Shown here: piece after piece, positions 63,243-64,000 of the stretch | Layout: each line of letters starts with the position of its first letter | How positions within the stretch are numbered: the stretch's first letter is position 1 | NCBI GenBank assembly: GCA_963706575.1 | Contig: CAVPNL010000003.1 | Coordinates: 160,001 to 224,000, forward strand | Origin: an uncultured delta proteobacterium | GTDB taxonomy: Bacteria; Desulfobacterota; Desulfobacteria; Desulfobacterales; JAHEIW01 | Length of the DNA: 64,000 nucleotides | Direction of reading: 5' to 3' | Translations under genes and position numbers: made by a program | Notes under the pieces: model-generated | Databases searched by the model: none | Told to the model about the DNA's origin: nothing | What the model saw: only the letters and a program-made list of their open reading frames with translations

Positions 63243-63704
63243 TCAGGATGCGATGTAATCGCCCCTGTTATATTTTATGACCTCCAGCGAAGCGGTTATC
63301 AGGGTGCGATTGACAATATCTTTAAGCCCGCCCTCGTTCGTTAAAGAATCCAGCACCGATGACAGTTGCTCTTTTTCTTTTTCGATCATATTTATCACCG
63401 GTTCAATGTTCCTGAGCGTCACCTGCGGATCTGCCAGCTGATCTCGATAATTATCAAGCAAATTCAGAAGATTATCGACACGCTCAACCGTTATGCGTTT
63501 ATTTTCCGGCGATAGCGGATGGAATCGGATCGCCGATACTGGATTTGCTAAAGGGGGGGATTCAATTTTTCCCGGATGATGCGCGCTGCGTTCAACTGAC
63601 GCTTTCAGGATATTTTTAAAGTCGTCGTTCTGGTCCTGTTCCCTGCGTATGGTTTTTTCTGCAAAACTATTTTTAATGATTTCATCGCTTCCATTGATTT
63701 TCAT
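63243..63704 (-). CDS. Hypothetical helical protein
   Basis: AAGGA RBS; MKI...DFKNIL start; ends KYNRGDYI. Confidence 0.7.
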   Translation of the reverse strand: MKINGSDEIIKNSFAEKTIRREQDQNDDFKNILKASVERSAHHPGKIESPPLANPVSAIRFHPLSPENKRITVERVDNLLNLLDNYRDQLADPQVTLRNIEPVINMIEKEKEQLSSVLDSLTNEGGLKDIVNRTLITASLEVIKYNRGDYIAS

Positions 63705-64000
63705 CGCTTCGATCCTTGCTCTTTATTTTTATACCGTTTCTGAATTCAACTCCTGAGGGTCGATTCCCGATTGCCCGACAATTATTTCAGGCATTCTCTT
63801 AAAAATATGCAAAATACGTGCAAATGCGAAGATTAGCTGGTTTTTTTAGTATCTACCCGTATTTTTTATATATACTATAGCCAAACCTCTCGCTTGCGCT
63901 CATCATATAAGGTTTGTCGGCGGCAAAATATGCCTGTGCGTAAATTTTTCATTACGCACATCAACACACGTCCGATATTCTTTGATTGGGTCATCCTGCG

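Noticed and set aside
63807..63822. Sigma54 promoter TTGCACGTATTTTGCA upstream of 63704
   Set aside because: The invariant -24 GG is TG; suggestive only

Overview
Core-genome segment of a deltaproteobacterium, most consistent with Desulfobacterales (inferred from gene order xerC-hslV-hslU-argBDFGH, pgsA-tRNA-Gly-tRNA-Cys, and the REC/PAS/HDOD content). It carries housekeeping genes (xerD 3' end, xerC, arfB, purF, rsmG, fusA, arg/lys/dap, hslUV, coaBC, gmd/fcl, rmlCD) and three tRNAs. No CRISPR array, rRNA or transposase was seen. The most unusual block is a 10-gene minus-strand cluster at 12265-22168. It couples an MglB/MglA small-GTPase pair to a HAMP/Cache sensor with no output domain, a PAS-HisKA protein lacking its ATPase domain, PATAN/DUF4388-like proteins, a second roadblock-like protein and a TPR-fused PilB/GspE ATPase. 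Other points: PurF lacks the catalytic N-terminal Cys, a Lys-rich winged-helix protein has a Rok/H-NS-like layout, a 50-aa RHH gene is missing from the ORF track, several families of inverted 7-/9-mer intergenic repeats and MITE-like elements occur, and two genes are broken by single-base insertions that may be sequencing errors. All family assignments come from reading motifs by eye, not from database searches.
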